From Candidatus Zixiibacteriota bacterium (lineage in GTDB: Bacteria > Zixibacteria > MSB-5A5 > WJJR01): a stretch of DNA of 56,871 nt. The stretch lies in NCBI GenBank assembly GCA_040752075.1, contig JBFMFQ010000002.1, forward strand, positions 1-56,871, in the 5' to 3' direction. The notes beneath the pieces are model-generated. The model made no database searches, was not told where the DNA came from, and was given only the letters and a program-made list of their open reading frames with translations. The translations under genes and the position numbers were made by a program. This document shows, piece by piece, positions 8,538 through 17,123 of the stretch. The first letter of the stretch is position 1, and each line of letters begins with the position of its first letter.

Positions 8538-10526
8538 ATGAATGCCAACGAAATCGCCGCCTGCCTGCCTGCGCATCTTAGACTGGGGGGAAAACTCGGT
8601 GAGGGCGGTGTTGCCAGCGTCTACAGGCTCACAAACGCAAAACTCGAGACTGACTGGGCTTTAAAGGTCTTTGAATCGAACAAGATCACGTCTTCCGGGG
8701 GGATGACGAAGGCACTTCGCGAAGCGCGGTTGACGGCGGTCCTGCACCACCCAAACGTCGTTACCATCCACGACGTTGACGAGGCCAACGGCTTCATCTT
8801 CATGGAACTCGTCGATGGCCCAACACTTTCCGAGCTGGCCAAGTCCGGAGTCGGGTCTCAGGCTAAGTATATCGAGATTTGCTCTGCGATTCTCGCCGGG
8901 CTCGCCGAGGCCCATCGAAACGGCATCGTTCATGGGGACATATCCTCGAGAAACATTCTCTTCACAAAGTCCAGAATTCCCAAGCTGGTCGACTTCGGTT
9001 TCGCACGCCACGTGGAGTTTTCCTCGTCCTCGGTGGGGATGACCCCGGGATTCGCCTCCCCGGAACACATCCTGGACAAACGCGTCACCATGCAGTCCGA
9101 TGTTTTTTCGGTAGCTTCGGTCCTCTACCTGTTGGGAACTGGCACCTACCCGTTCCACTGGGAGAGTTTCCATGCGTACGCTTATGCTATTCTAAACGAG
9201 CGTCCCCAGGATCCCGTCTTTGGCTTCCCCGATCCCGCGCCGTTTCTCGCCCCGATCATCATGAGGGCGCTCGCGCGTGAGCAGCGAGATCGATACCCCT
9301 CCGCGGTCGAAATGGAGACCGCCTTCCGGTCCAGAAACCGTGAAGCCGGAAAAGTCCCCATTTCAATCGATCGAACACTCCCCGTCGGCCGTGCACTCCG
9401 GCACTACCATCGTGGCCTCGAGTACTACCGCGGGACCTCCCGCCAGGAGATGGACTGGGCGGAGCATGAGTTTCGCAAGGCTCTTGAGTACGATCCAACG
9501 TTGGCGCTCGCGTACGCCGGACTGGCTGACATCGCCATATTCCGGTACATGTCCTACTTTGATCGATCGCTCGTCGTGCTGGCCCGTGCCGAGCATTACT
9601 GCCTGCAAGCCCTGTCGATGGACTCGGAGCGGCCGCAGACGCACCGCTCCCTCGGGCGCATTCGCATGATGAGGCGGGATTACCCCGCAGCGAGGGAGTG
9701 CTTCAAGAGGGCAATCGCGCTTGACCCGGATTACTTGGCGGCCCACCTCTCGCTCGGGTGGTGCGAGGTTGACGCGCACGAGCTCAAAGCCGCCGAACAA
9801 GCCGCATTGACTGCTCAAGCGATCATCGCAGATGACGTTGAGGTTGGGCTTCTTCTTGCAAGAATCTACTACTACCGGAAGGAATACGACCGCAGCATGG
9901 CTGTCGCCAACGAAGCCATCTCCGCCAATAGACGCTTCGGACGAGCCTATTATGAACTGGCGATGTCCGAGCGTGCCCTCGGTGAGCTCGATCGGGCAAC
10001 GGGCAATTTCCAGCGCTCCATCGAATTCCAAGGCGACCCAAATTCTCTGACCGATCTTGGAGTCCTGGAATTGTACCGTGGGGATTTGGAGTCAGCCCAG
10101 CAGGCGTTCGACCGGGCCGCCCAAGAAGGCACATTTGCCTTCCTTGCGTTGTACTACTCCGGATTGACGCACAAGCTGCGCAGGGATTCTGCAAAGGCTG
10201 ACGAACTCTTCCACCAGTCCGCAATCTTGACGGATCAGTTGGCAAAGAATGATCCATCGGATCCATACGCACGTGCAATTGGTGCGATGGCGGCGGCCGC
10301 GCTGGGAAATTCCGCTCGCGCTGACTCCCTCCGCGCGATAGCACGTGAAATGGACTCGCGTGATGGACTTGTTGCCTTTTACTCCCTTTGTGCAGAGTCT
10401 TGGTGTGCCGCGAATCGGCCATCCAAGGAAAGCATGGGCGCCGTCTTGGCTCTCCCCAGATCGCCTTCGCAAATAGAATTCACTCTGGACCCGCACTTCA
10501 CCGGTCGACTCTGGGAAGCGCTCTGA
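8538..10526 (+). CDS. Hanks-type protein kinase with a C-terminal TPR-repeat domain
   Basis: Kinase motifs present: Gly loop GEGGVASVY, WALKV (VAIK Lys), alphaC Glu (REARL), catalytic loop HGDISSRN, DFG (VDFGFA) and SPE (APE-like). The roughly 380 C-terminal residues have repeated TPR-like A/Y/L patterns (ALEYDPTLALAYAGLA, AIALDPDYLAAHLSLG). Confidence 0.9.
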   Translation: MNANEIAACLPAHLRLGGKLGEGGVASVYRLTNAKLETDWALKVFESNKITSSGGMTKALREARLTAVLHHPNVVTIHDVDEANGFIFMELVDGPTLSELAKSGVGSQAKYIEICSAILAGLAEAHRNGIVHGDISSRNILFTKSRIPKLVDFGFARHVEFSSSSVGMTPGFASPEHILDKRVTMQSDVFSVASVLYLLGTGTYPFHWESFHAYAYAILNERPQDPVFGFPDPAPFLAPIIMRALAREQRDRYPSAVEMETAFRSRNREAGKVPISIDRTLPVGRALRHYHRGLEYYRGTSRQEMDWAEHEFRKALEYDPTLALAYAGLADIAIFRYMSYFDRSLVVLARAEHYCLQALSMDSERPQTHRSLGRIRMMRRDYPAARECFKRAIALDPDYLAAHLSLGWCEVDAHELKAAEQAALTAQAIIADDVEVGLLLARIYYYRKEYDRSMAVANEAISANRRFGRAYYELAMSERALGELDRATGNFQRSIEFQGDPNSLTDLGVLELYRGDLESAQQAFDRAAQEGTFAFLALYYSGLTHKLRRDSAKADELFHQSAILTDQLAKNDPSDPYARAIGAMAAAALGNSARADSLRAIAREMDSRDGLVAFYSLCAESWCAANRPSKESMGAVLALPRSPSQIEFTLDPHFTGRLWEAL

Positions 10527-10527
10527 A

Positions 10528-10560
10528 CCCGGTAAGCCACTGAGAGTGGCTTCCACCGGG
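10528..10560 (+). terminator. Stem-loop 2 nt after the kinase stop, between convergent genes
   Basis: CCCGGT-AAGCCACT-gag-AGTGGCTT-cc-ACCGGG forms 14 bp of pairing with a 2-nt bulge. There is no U tract, so its function as an intrinsic terminator is uncertain. Confidence 0.35.
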
Positions 10561-10700
10561 TGCGAGTGACCGCCGGCCCGTGTGGCGCGATGCCTACCTC
10601 GGCGCCGGCTCCATCCGCCTCCAAACCCGATAATCTCATCTTTCCGGCGCGAAGTGTGGTAGGTCCCTGTGGCGCTGACGCGCCCCCCAGCGCCCATTTC

Positions 10701-13412
10701 CTACTTGATTATCACCAGCTTGCCCACTTGCTGGCCCAGCGGGGAATCCACGTGGTAGATGTAGACTCCCGAGACCACCGCCTGCGTGTTGCGGGACACC
10801 AGGTCCCAGTAGGCGCGCGAGGAGTAGTCGGAGGTGAAGGCCTTTCCTGATTTGGTCGTGTCCGGCAGGTCCGGGTCCTCGTGCACAATCGTGCGGACCA
10901 GGTCGCCATCGAGCGTGTAGATGCGAATGGTGGCTCTTTGCGGCAGGTTCACAAACCAGATCCGCCGGTCCTGCTCGATGAAGTTGGCGCTGCCGCGCTT
11001 TTGCGGCGCCTCGTACCCCTGGGCAAAGTACGTGGTCCGGTTGCCGTCCGACCCCTCGTAGGAGATCTTGTACGGGTTCGGGAAGACCGACACGCTGAGG
11101 CCCAGCGAATCCACCACCGCGGCGGAGTAGATGGGGATCGCGAATTCATTGCAACTGCCGGGGGTGGATTCGAGGGGATCGAGATTGATGGCGGCATCGC
11201 CGTAGTCGAAGGCGGTCACCGATACAAACAACCCCACTGCCGGGTTGAGGTTCTTGATCCGGGCCTCGTAAATGCCGAAGCGCAGTTCCTCGCCGGATTC
11301 GCTGAGGACCGTGCTGTCGCCGACACGCTGAATCACGTTCTGGAGTTCCACTCCGTTTTCGACATAAGAGTTGCCGCGGTTGTAATCCTGCTGGTGGAAA
11401 TAGGAGAAGCGTTCCACCGGCAGACCGGTCTCTTCATCCAGGACCGTGTCCCGGTAGCAGGTATTGAAGTTGGGATCCGGGTAGTCCCGGGGATCACTTC
11501 CGCCCAGGAGCGCCTGCCATTGCGCGAGGGTCCGGGCGTTGCCCATCTGCCGCCATGCCCCCGGGGGCTCGGGATCGTAGACGAAACGTGTGAAGTCCTC
11601 GATGTCCCAACTGGCGACGAGCGAGTATTGATCGGAGGAGTTGACGCGGGCCGTGTAGAGGCGATACCCCTCGAAGTCGAGCTCCTTCGACAGCGGATCG
11701 TAAACCGGCTCGGTGTTGCGCCCGGACCAGCTCACGATGATCTCGCCCGGGGCGGACTCCACGAACATGTCCACATCCGGCAACGGGCAGGATGGCCCGG
11801 CGGGACCGGCACGGTCGGGGCGGCTTGCTTCTTTGCCGTCGGGCGGCGGGTAGACTTTGCAGGGTTCCAGATGCGGCCCCGGTGCGGGGCCCAAGTCGCC
11901 GGTGTAGTACACGGTATCGCAACCGTAACCGACGCCGGAAACGACGCTGTCGCAGTCGAAGATGTGAAACTCCCCGCGGTAGGTGTCACGGTCGGAGTCC
12001 ACCCCGGGGCTGTCATAGATCCAGGAGGCCCATGTCGCCGCGAACTCGAGGTCGGAAAACCCGATCGTGCTCTCGTACGACTCCGGCGACTGGCAATCGA
12101 AGCGCAGATTGGGGTTGGTATGGAAATTGGCGCCGCCGATCAGCGCGAAGACAAACGGCATCGAGTCGCCGGGAAAGAGCGGCTGGCAGGAGGGGCCGAC
12201 GGAAGTGACCTGGCGCGTGTCCAGACCATCGGCGATGTCGCAACCGGCCGAGCCGCGCAGAGGCGGACGCCACCCCTGCGCGGTGAAATCCTTCACGGCG
12301 AACATCTGCCCATAGTCCACTTCACCGTTGGTCATCACATAGTAGCGGTTGCGGTCGCCATTTGGGGCACCCAGGCCGCCCCCGGACGCCGGGGTGCGCT
12401 GGCCGGCCTTGGATGGCCCCCAGTTCTGGGCGGTTGCGCCGCCAGTCAGCCACCAGTTAAAAGAGAACCGCTCATGCGGGAAGGCACGCAAAATGCGCAT
12501 GCCCACAATCCCGCGCGGGGAAAACAGCGGGTATGTGCCCCCCAAGGGTTCGCCATCGTTGTCCGCCACCCAGGCGATGTCCAGGGAATCCCGGATCGAG
12601 GGCAGCGCGAGGCCCCTTGCTCCTGTCAGGAAACCGGAGATGTCGTCGCGGGCCGCGGTCAACCCATCCTCCGTGTCCTTGTTCCAGACATCGGCATCGA
12701 TGTAAATCCCGGCGGCCAGTTTTGAAATGGGACGGCTTCCGATATTTCGTATCCAGCATTCGACAATGATGAACTGCCGCGAAAAGCGATCCGACCAGGC
12801 ATATGATGTCTGCGAGATTTCGATCGGCAGGGGAATGTGCGGCCGGTTGTCAAGTTCGTCCAGTGTGCCGCCGAGCACGGTGTCTGTGATCAGCGCCCAG
12901 TACTCCTGATCGGCGTATGCCCGGTCGCTGAAATAAGGTGAGCCGCGCAGGCTGGACGATTCGTGGACCGTATCCACGCCGGCGTACTCCGCGGGCCCGC
13001 TGAAGCTCTCTCCATCGATGGTGATGCTCACGAGAGTATCGCTGCCCACAATGCCGCCGATCCACAGGCCGCCGGCATACAGGTAGTCGTTCCGCGTGCC
13101 CGCCGGCCATTCGAAGGAGGGTGTGTACGCGATGCGCAACGGGAGGAGATCTTTGTCGAGACCACGGGCGACGTCCTCGGTCCCGATGAGTCCGAAATTG
13201 GTCACCGCAGCCCAGATCTGCCCCGCCGAGTGAATCCGGGTCTCAAAGACTGGGAAGGCGACGGCCGCCCGCATGTCCATCGAACGACCGAAGTGCGCCT
13301 TCCGCGATTGCGTCAACGCCCGCGCTGAGGCAGGCTGCGGCGCGATGGCCGCGAGTGTCAGCGTAGCCGTCAGAAACCACCCAAACCCTCTGGCAAGGCA
13401 CAGTGTACCCAT
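10701..13412 (-). CDS. Secreted protein of unknown N-terminal function with a T9SS-type/FlgD-Ig C-terminal sorting domain
   Basis: - Start at MGTLCLARGFGWFLTATLTLAAIAPQPASA (signal peptide) with GGAGG 5 nt upstream. The ORF track start is 13499.
- The C-terminal roughly 90 aa fit the Por-secretion-tail pattern: VSVFPNPYK...ATIRIYTLDGDLVRTI...WDLVSRNTQAVVSGVYIYHV...KLVIIK. Confidence 0.75.
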   Translation of the reverse strand: MGTLCLARGFGWFLTATLTLAAIAPQPASARALTQSRKAHFGRSMDMRAAVAFPVFETRIHSAGQIWAAVTNFGLIGTEDVARGLDKDLLPLRIAYTPSFEWPAGTRNDYLYAGGLWIGGIVGSDTLVSITIDGESFSGPAEYAGVDTVHESSSLRGSPYFSDRAYADQEYWALITDTVLGGTLDELDNRPHIPLPIEISQTSYAWSDRFSRQFIIVECWIRNIGSRPISKLAAGIYIDADVWNKDTEDGLTAARDDISGFLTGARGLALPSIRDSLDIAWVADNDGEPLGGTYPLFSPRGIVGMRILRAFPHERFSFNWWLTGGATAQNWGPSKAGQRTPASGGGLGAPNGDRNRYYVMTNGEVDYGQMFAVKDFTAQGWRPPLRGSAGCDIADGLDTRQVTSVGPSCQPLFPGDSMPFVFALIGGANFHTNPNLRFDCQSPESYESTIGFSDLEFAATWASWIYDSPGVDSDRDTYRGEFHIFDCDSVVSGVGYGCDTVYYTGDLGPAPGPHLEPCKVYPPPDGKEASRPDRAGPAGPSCPLPDVDMFVESAPGEIIVSWSGRNTEPVYDPLSKELDFEGYRLYTARVNSSDQYSLVASWDIEDFTRFVYDPEPPGAWRQMGNARTLAQWQALLGGSDPRDYPDPNFNTCYRDTVLDEETGLPVERFSYFHQQDYNRGNSYVENGVELQNVIQRVGDSTVLSESGEELRFGIYEARIKNLNPAVGLFVSVTAFDYGDAAINLDPLESTPGSCNEFAIPIYSAAVVDSLGLSVSVFPNPYKISYEGSDGNRTTYFAQGYEAPQKRGSANFIEQDRRIWFVNLPQRATIRIYTLDGDLVRTIVHEDPDLPDTTKSGKAFTSDYSSRAYWDLVSRNTQAVVSGVYIYHVDSPLGQQVGKLVIIK

Positions 13413-13636
13413 TGCATCCTCCAGGAGCATGACCACGTGGAGTGCCCTCTTGCACAGACCGCTATTCGATTGTCGATCGTTGCGGAAATCCGCTCGCAAT
13501 CATTACCGCCGATGAGCCCGTTTATTCCCGGCACTCACTTAAGAAATTCTCACAGTAACCGACGGAGCGAATCGGCAGGCGCCGGGTGAACAGGGTGATG
13601 CGATCGTGTAGCCCTTGCGCCTCCGCCCACGCCACT

Positions 13637-14419
13637 TCACCTGCTAAGCTCAAACACCACTTTGTACACAATCCACACACTCACCGGCCGTCCGTTCTGA
13701 ATCGCGGGGCGGTAGGTTTGGGTGAATGCCGCAGCGAGCGCGGCCTCGTTGAATCCGGAATTCCTGTCGGTTGAGTGGTAGATTTCTGCTTCGACGACTT
13801 TGCCGGTGGCATCGAGCCGGGCGCGAATTGACACTGTGGCGCTCTTGCCGAGGAGAGCTGCCTGCTCGGGATAGACTGGAGCGTCGCCGCCGATCGGGAT
13901 CGGGAGTTCCTGCACCAGATGGAGCGGGACGGGCGCATCCCACGCGCCGGGCAGCGTGCTGGGACCGGGGAATCCGCCCCCTGTGCCGTCAACGGACCCT
14001 TCCACCCCGCCGCGACCATCCTCCCAGTGGCCCGCATTGGCTTCGGCGTAGTCCAATCGTGTCGGGAATTCCGGCTCCTCGATGACCTCATCGTCCGGCA
14101 CTGGGTCCGGGATCAATCCCTTCAAGTCCTCGTGCGTGATGCTCGGGCGCCCGCGCGAAATGTCAGGCTCCGTCGTGATTGATCTTGGCGGCGGAAGGAC
14201 CACCACCGTTCTCTCGGTTGCGCCGCCCGTCGGGACGGGACCGGGCCCGATGATCGGCCGGTCATCGAATACGTCGAACGCGAGGAGTGTCGCCATGACG
14301 GCCAGATGCACCATGCTGGCCAGCGTGATTCCCCACATCAGGTTTCCCGGGTAGGCCTGCTTGAGCGCGAGGGTGCGTGCTCCTGCGGGCATTGACGAGA
14401 AGCGGTAGGTTTCGTTCAT
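13637..14419 (-). CDS. tonB: TonB family energy transducer
   Basis: - N-terminal anchor helix (WGITLASMVHLAVMATLLAF) and a Pro-rich spacer.
- C-terminal TonB domain (PVYPEQAALLGKSATVSIRARLDATGKVVEAEIYHS...GFNEAALAAAFTQTYRPAIQNGRPVSVWIVYKVVF).
- Start at MNETY (14419) with GAGGGGAGGGG upstream. The ORF track start is 14521. Confidence 0.8.
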   Translation of the reverse strand: MNETYRFSSMPAGARTLALKQAYPGNLMWGITLASMVHLAVMATLLAFDVFDDRPIIGPGPVPTGGATERTVVVLPPPRSITTEPDISRGRPSITHEDLKGLIPDPVPDDEVIEEPEFPTRLDYAEANAGHWEDGRGGVEGSVDGTGGGFPGPSTLPGAWDAPVPLHLVQELPIPIGGDAPVYPEQAALLGKSATVSIRARLDATGKVVEAEIYHSTDRNSGFNEAALAAAFTQTYRPAIQNGRPVSVWIVYKVVFELSR

Positions 14420-14605
14420 GGCGGTCCCCTCCCCTCGGATCGGCGTGAGCCCCATCGCATCACGGCGTCCGGGATAAGTGTGAATCGGGAAGCGGCCGCT
14501 TCGGTTGTCGTCCACTCTCAATACACGCGAGGTGTCAGGAAATTCCCATGGATTCGCTTTAGGTCACCGCCGAGGAAAAGCATATCCCTCACCCCGCCAT
14601 AGAGC

Positions 14606-14719
14606 CGGCGGGGTTCGGGATGACACCGGGCGGGGCGAGCTTTCAGATTAGGGCGCGGAGTTCGGGATGACTCCAACCGATATCAGATCTCACTCCACGA
14701 CGGCGGGGTTCGGGATGAC
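14606..14719. repeat. Three direct copies of a 19-20 nt motif with a GTTCGGGATGAC core
   Basis: CGGCGGGGTTCGGGATGAC occurs at 14606-14624 and identically at 14701-14719. The variant GGCGCGGAGTTCGGGATGAC occurs at 14652-14671. Spacers are 27 and 29 nt. The array lies in the gap between the FAD-oxidoreductase stop and the tonB start. Confidence 0.6.
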
Positions 14720-14733
14720 GTGCTCACTGACTC

Positions 14734-15945
14734 TCAGTTCTGCTTTCCGGCCATCAACCGCCCGACATTCTCATGCGAGAAGAACTCCGCCGGCGAGATA
14801 ACGCCCGCGTTCATTTTCGCGAAGCCCTCCATGGCGTCCGGGTTGCCGTGGACGGCGCCCAAGACTTGCTGGACTTCCGGGGGCGGGGGTTGGAGCGAGG
14901 CGAGCTGGGCGGTGAACTCGTACATGGGCATGACCTTGGTGTCGCGGGTGGATTGGTAGTCGGCCATGGCGTCGTTGAGGGGGCGGCGTCCGGCGAAGGC
15001 GTCGTCGATGGCGTTGGTGCAGAGTTCGGCGTCGCGGAAGGCATCGCTGATGCCCTGCGCGGTGATCGAATCGCGGTCATAGCCGGCGTCGCCGACCAGC
15101 GCCCAGCCCGGACCGTAGGGCTTTCGGAAGAAGTTGGGCACCGTGGCGCCGGCGAATCCCTCCACGCGCTTGGCGGCATGCACCCGCTCGGCGAACTCGG
15201 GCGCGAGGCCGAGCGTCCGCATGTAGTTGCCTTCGATGTCCTTCTTGTTGGCCTCGAACTCGTCAATCGGCCAGCCCGCGATCAGAAGCGTGTTGCCGTC
15301 ATTGGTCGGCCAGGCCGCGAAAGCCCGTTGCGGGCGGATGTAGGCCTCGAATCGGCCATTCATCGGCAGGCCGCTCCAGTAAGTGTAGTAGGATGCGTTT
15401 AGCCGCGGCTTCTCGTTGTACTGCTCCGGACGGACCGATTTCGCGACAATCGAGTGGACACCATCCGCGCCGATCACGATCCGGGCTTTTTCGGTGACCT
15501 CGCCCCCGTGTCCGCCGCGGCCGCGAATCCCGGCGACATGACCATCCTCGAAGAAAATCTCGCTCACCGAGAATCCTTCGCGGACTTCGGCTCCCGCCTC
15601 GGCGGCGGCATCGACCAGAAGTTTGTCGAGCACGGTGCGTCTTGGCCCGTAGGAGACCGGCGCTTCATCCGTCCCCGGTGAGCCGGCAATCGTGAACGGG
15701 CCGAAGTTGAAGGCATAGGTGTGAATCGGCGGACATCCGGTCGCCACCAGACGGTTGAGCAGACCCCAGCGCTTGAGCGCGGCCACCCCGGGCGGATGAA
15801 TGAGATGAGTGGAGATCGTGTCGCTCGGAAAGCTCGCCTTGTCAACGAGCAGCACTTTGTAGCCCTTCCGGGCCAGCAGCATGGCCGCCGGGGAACCCGC
15901 ACAGCGCGCCCCGACGACAATTGCATCATAGGGTTGTCCGGCCAT
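14734..15945 (-). CDS. FAD-dependent oxidoreductase/monooxygenase (GxGxxG Rossmann, geranylgeranyl-reductase/halogenase-like superfamily)
   Basis: N-terminal dinucleotide-binding motif YDAIVVGARCAGSPAAMLLARKGYKVLLVDK and a later GDAGY (typical GD motif). Start at MAGQPYD (15945) with GGGAGGAAG upstream. The ORF track start is 16014. Confidence 0.8.
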   Translation of the reverse strand: MAGQPYDAIVVGARCAGSPAAMLLARKGYKVLLVDKASFPSDTISTHLIHPPGVAALKRWGLLNRLVATGCPPIHTYAFNFGPFTIAGSPGTDEAPVSYGPRRTVLDKLLVDAAAEAGAEVREGFSVSEIFFEDGHVAGIRGRGGHGGEVTEKARIVIGADGVHSIVAKSVRPEQYNEKPRLNASYYTYWSGLPMNGRFEAYIRPQRAFAAWPTNDGNTLLIAGWPIDEFEANKKDIEGNYMRTLGLAPEFAERVHAAKRVEGFAGATVPNFFRKPYGPGWALVGDAGYDRDSITAQGISDAFRDAELCTNAIDDAFAGRRPLNDAMADYQSTRDTKVMPMYEFTAQLASLQPPPPEVQQVLGAVHGNPDAMEGFAKMNAGVISPAEFFSHENVGRLMAGKQN

Positions 15946-16040
15946 TTCTTCCTCCCGGGTTTGAAGCCACTCCAATACAGGGGTGAAGTTACCCTGTTTC
16001 CAATCCAAGCGCAAGAACGTGGCGGGCGAGATTCAAATGG

Positions 16041-16060
16041 ATTCCCGCTGTTGCGGGAAT
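16041..16060. repeat. 8-bp stem-loop with a GGGAATGAC end, in a divergent intergenic region
   Basis: ATTCCCGC-tgtt-GCGGGAAT, followed by GAC. It resembles the GGGATGAC-core repeats at 14606-14719. A second small palindrome, GAATGA-atgaa-TCATTC, overlaps the ATG at 16073. Confidence 0.35.
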
Positions 16061-16072
16061 GACATTCGAGGA

Positions 16073-17089
16073 ATGAATGAATCATTCGGCACGATCCCGC
16101 GGCTGGTATTGTCAACCGTCCTGATTGCTTCGTTTGCCACGGTGACGGTTGCCAACGAGCATCCGGTGAAGACCGTTTCCATCTTCGCCGGCGATGGAAT
16201 ACACTTCAGCCCGACTCGTCCGGATTCGTTTGCCACGGACCTGGTGCGAACGGAGGACAACGGGAGGGTTATCCTGCGCACGGTCGACCTGCCCTCCCCT
16301 CCCCCCGGTGAGCGCATCATCGCCCATCTCGTGATCAACCCGATCCCGAAGGACGAGCAGTCGGTCCACGACAAGTGGGACCGTGCGGGGAACCTGAGTC
16401 TGGCGTCGCCGGGCGGGCCCGATCTCGAGGTGATCAAGTTCATCACCGCCTATGGCGGGCGGACCGAGTACCGTGTCGATGTGTCCCACCTCGCGCCGCT
16501 GTTGCAGGGCGCGGCGGCATTCAGGGCCTTTGTCGATACCTGGGTCTCCCCCGCCTGGCTCGTGGACTTCGGGCTTGAGTACCATGCCGACTCTCTCGAA
16601 CGGCAATCGCGATGGGTCCTGCCGGTGATAAACGAGTCGTCGTACACGCGCGAGAATTATGGCGACTCGGGGCTGTCGGTGCGGGTGGATGTCCCGACGG
16701 GCGCCGGACGTGCGCTTCTGCACTACTTTGTCAGCGGGCATTGCACCGATGGCACCGATGCCGACGAGTTCGTGAAAAAGGACAATGTGATCTCGGTCGA
16801 TGGCGTGGTGGTCTACCGCTATCAGCCGTGGCGCGATGACTGCCGCCGATTCCGCGAGATCAACCCCTACACACGCCGCTGGTCCGACGGAACCTGGTCA
16901 TCGGACTACAGCCGATCGGGCTGGTGCCCCGGCGATTATGTCCGTCCGCTGGAATTGGATCTGACCGACCACCTCCCGCCCGGCCCACACACGATCCGGT
17001 TCGCGATTGAAAACGTCCGTCCCAAGGACGAGGCGGGGCATTACGGCTACTGGCGGATCTCGGCGTACGTGATCGGCGTCGACAAATGA
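16073..17089 (+). CDS. Peptide-N-glycosidase F (PNGase F) family protein, secreted
   Basis: Motifs align by eye with Elizabethkingia PNGase F:
- HDKWDRAGNLSL versus CDEWDRYANVYV (contains the catalytic Asp).
- VIKFITAYGG...YRVDVSHLAPLL versus IGRFITPYW...LEIDVTDFKSLL.
- YSRSGWCPGDYVRPLELDL versus APDRAGWCPGMAVPTRIDVL.
Signal peptide is MNESFGTIPRLVLSTVLIASFATVTVA. An alternative ATG lies at 16037. Confidence 0.8.
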   Translation: MNESFGTIPRLVLSTVLIASFATVTVANEHPVKTVSIFAGDGIHFSPTRPDSFATDLVRTEDNGRVILRTVDLPSPPPGERIIAHLVINPIPKDEQSVHDKWDRAGNLSLASPGGPDLEVIKFITAYGGRTEYRVDVSHLAPLLQGAAAFRAFVDTWVSPAWLVDFGLEYHADSLERQSRWVLPVINESSYTRENYGDSGLSVRVDVPTGAGRALLHYFVSGHCTDGTDADEFVKKDNVISVDGVVVYRYQPWRDDCRRFREINPYTRRWSDGTWSSDYSRSGWCPGDYVRPLELDLTDHLPPGPHTIRFAIENVRPKDEAGHYGYWRISAYVIGVDK

Positions 17090-17123
17090 CTGCCGACAAG
17101 GTTGATCGCGGGAGATTAGTCTC

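Noticed and set aside
10881-12725. 614-aa plus-strand ORF
   Set aside because: It is antisense to the 904-aa secreted protein, which has a signal peptide, a strong GGAGG SD and a recognisable C-terminal sorting domain. Its composition is Arg/Gly/Val/Ala-rich noise.
14606-14719. Possible mini-CRISPR array (repeat-spacer-repeat-spacer-repeat)
   Set aside because: There are only three repeats of 19-20 nt, one of them divergent. The repeats are shorter than any known CRISPR repeat, and there are no cas genes or leader in the window. It fits better as a REP-like or operator-type repeat.
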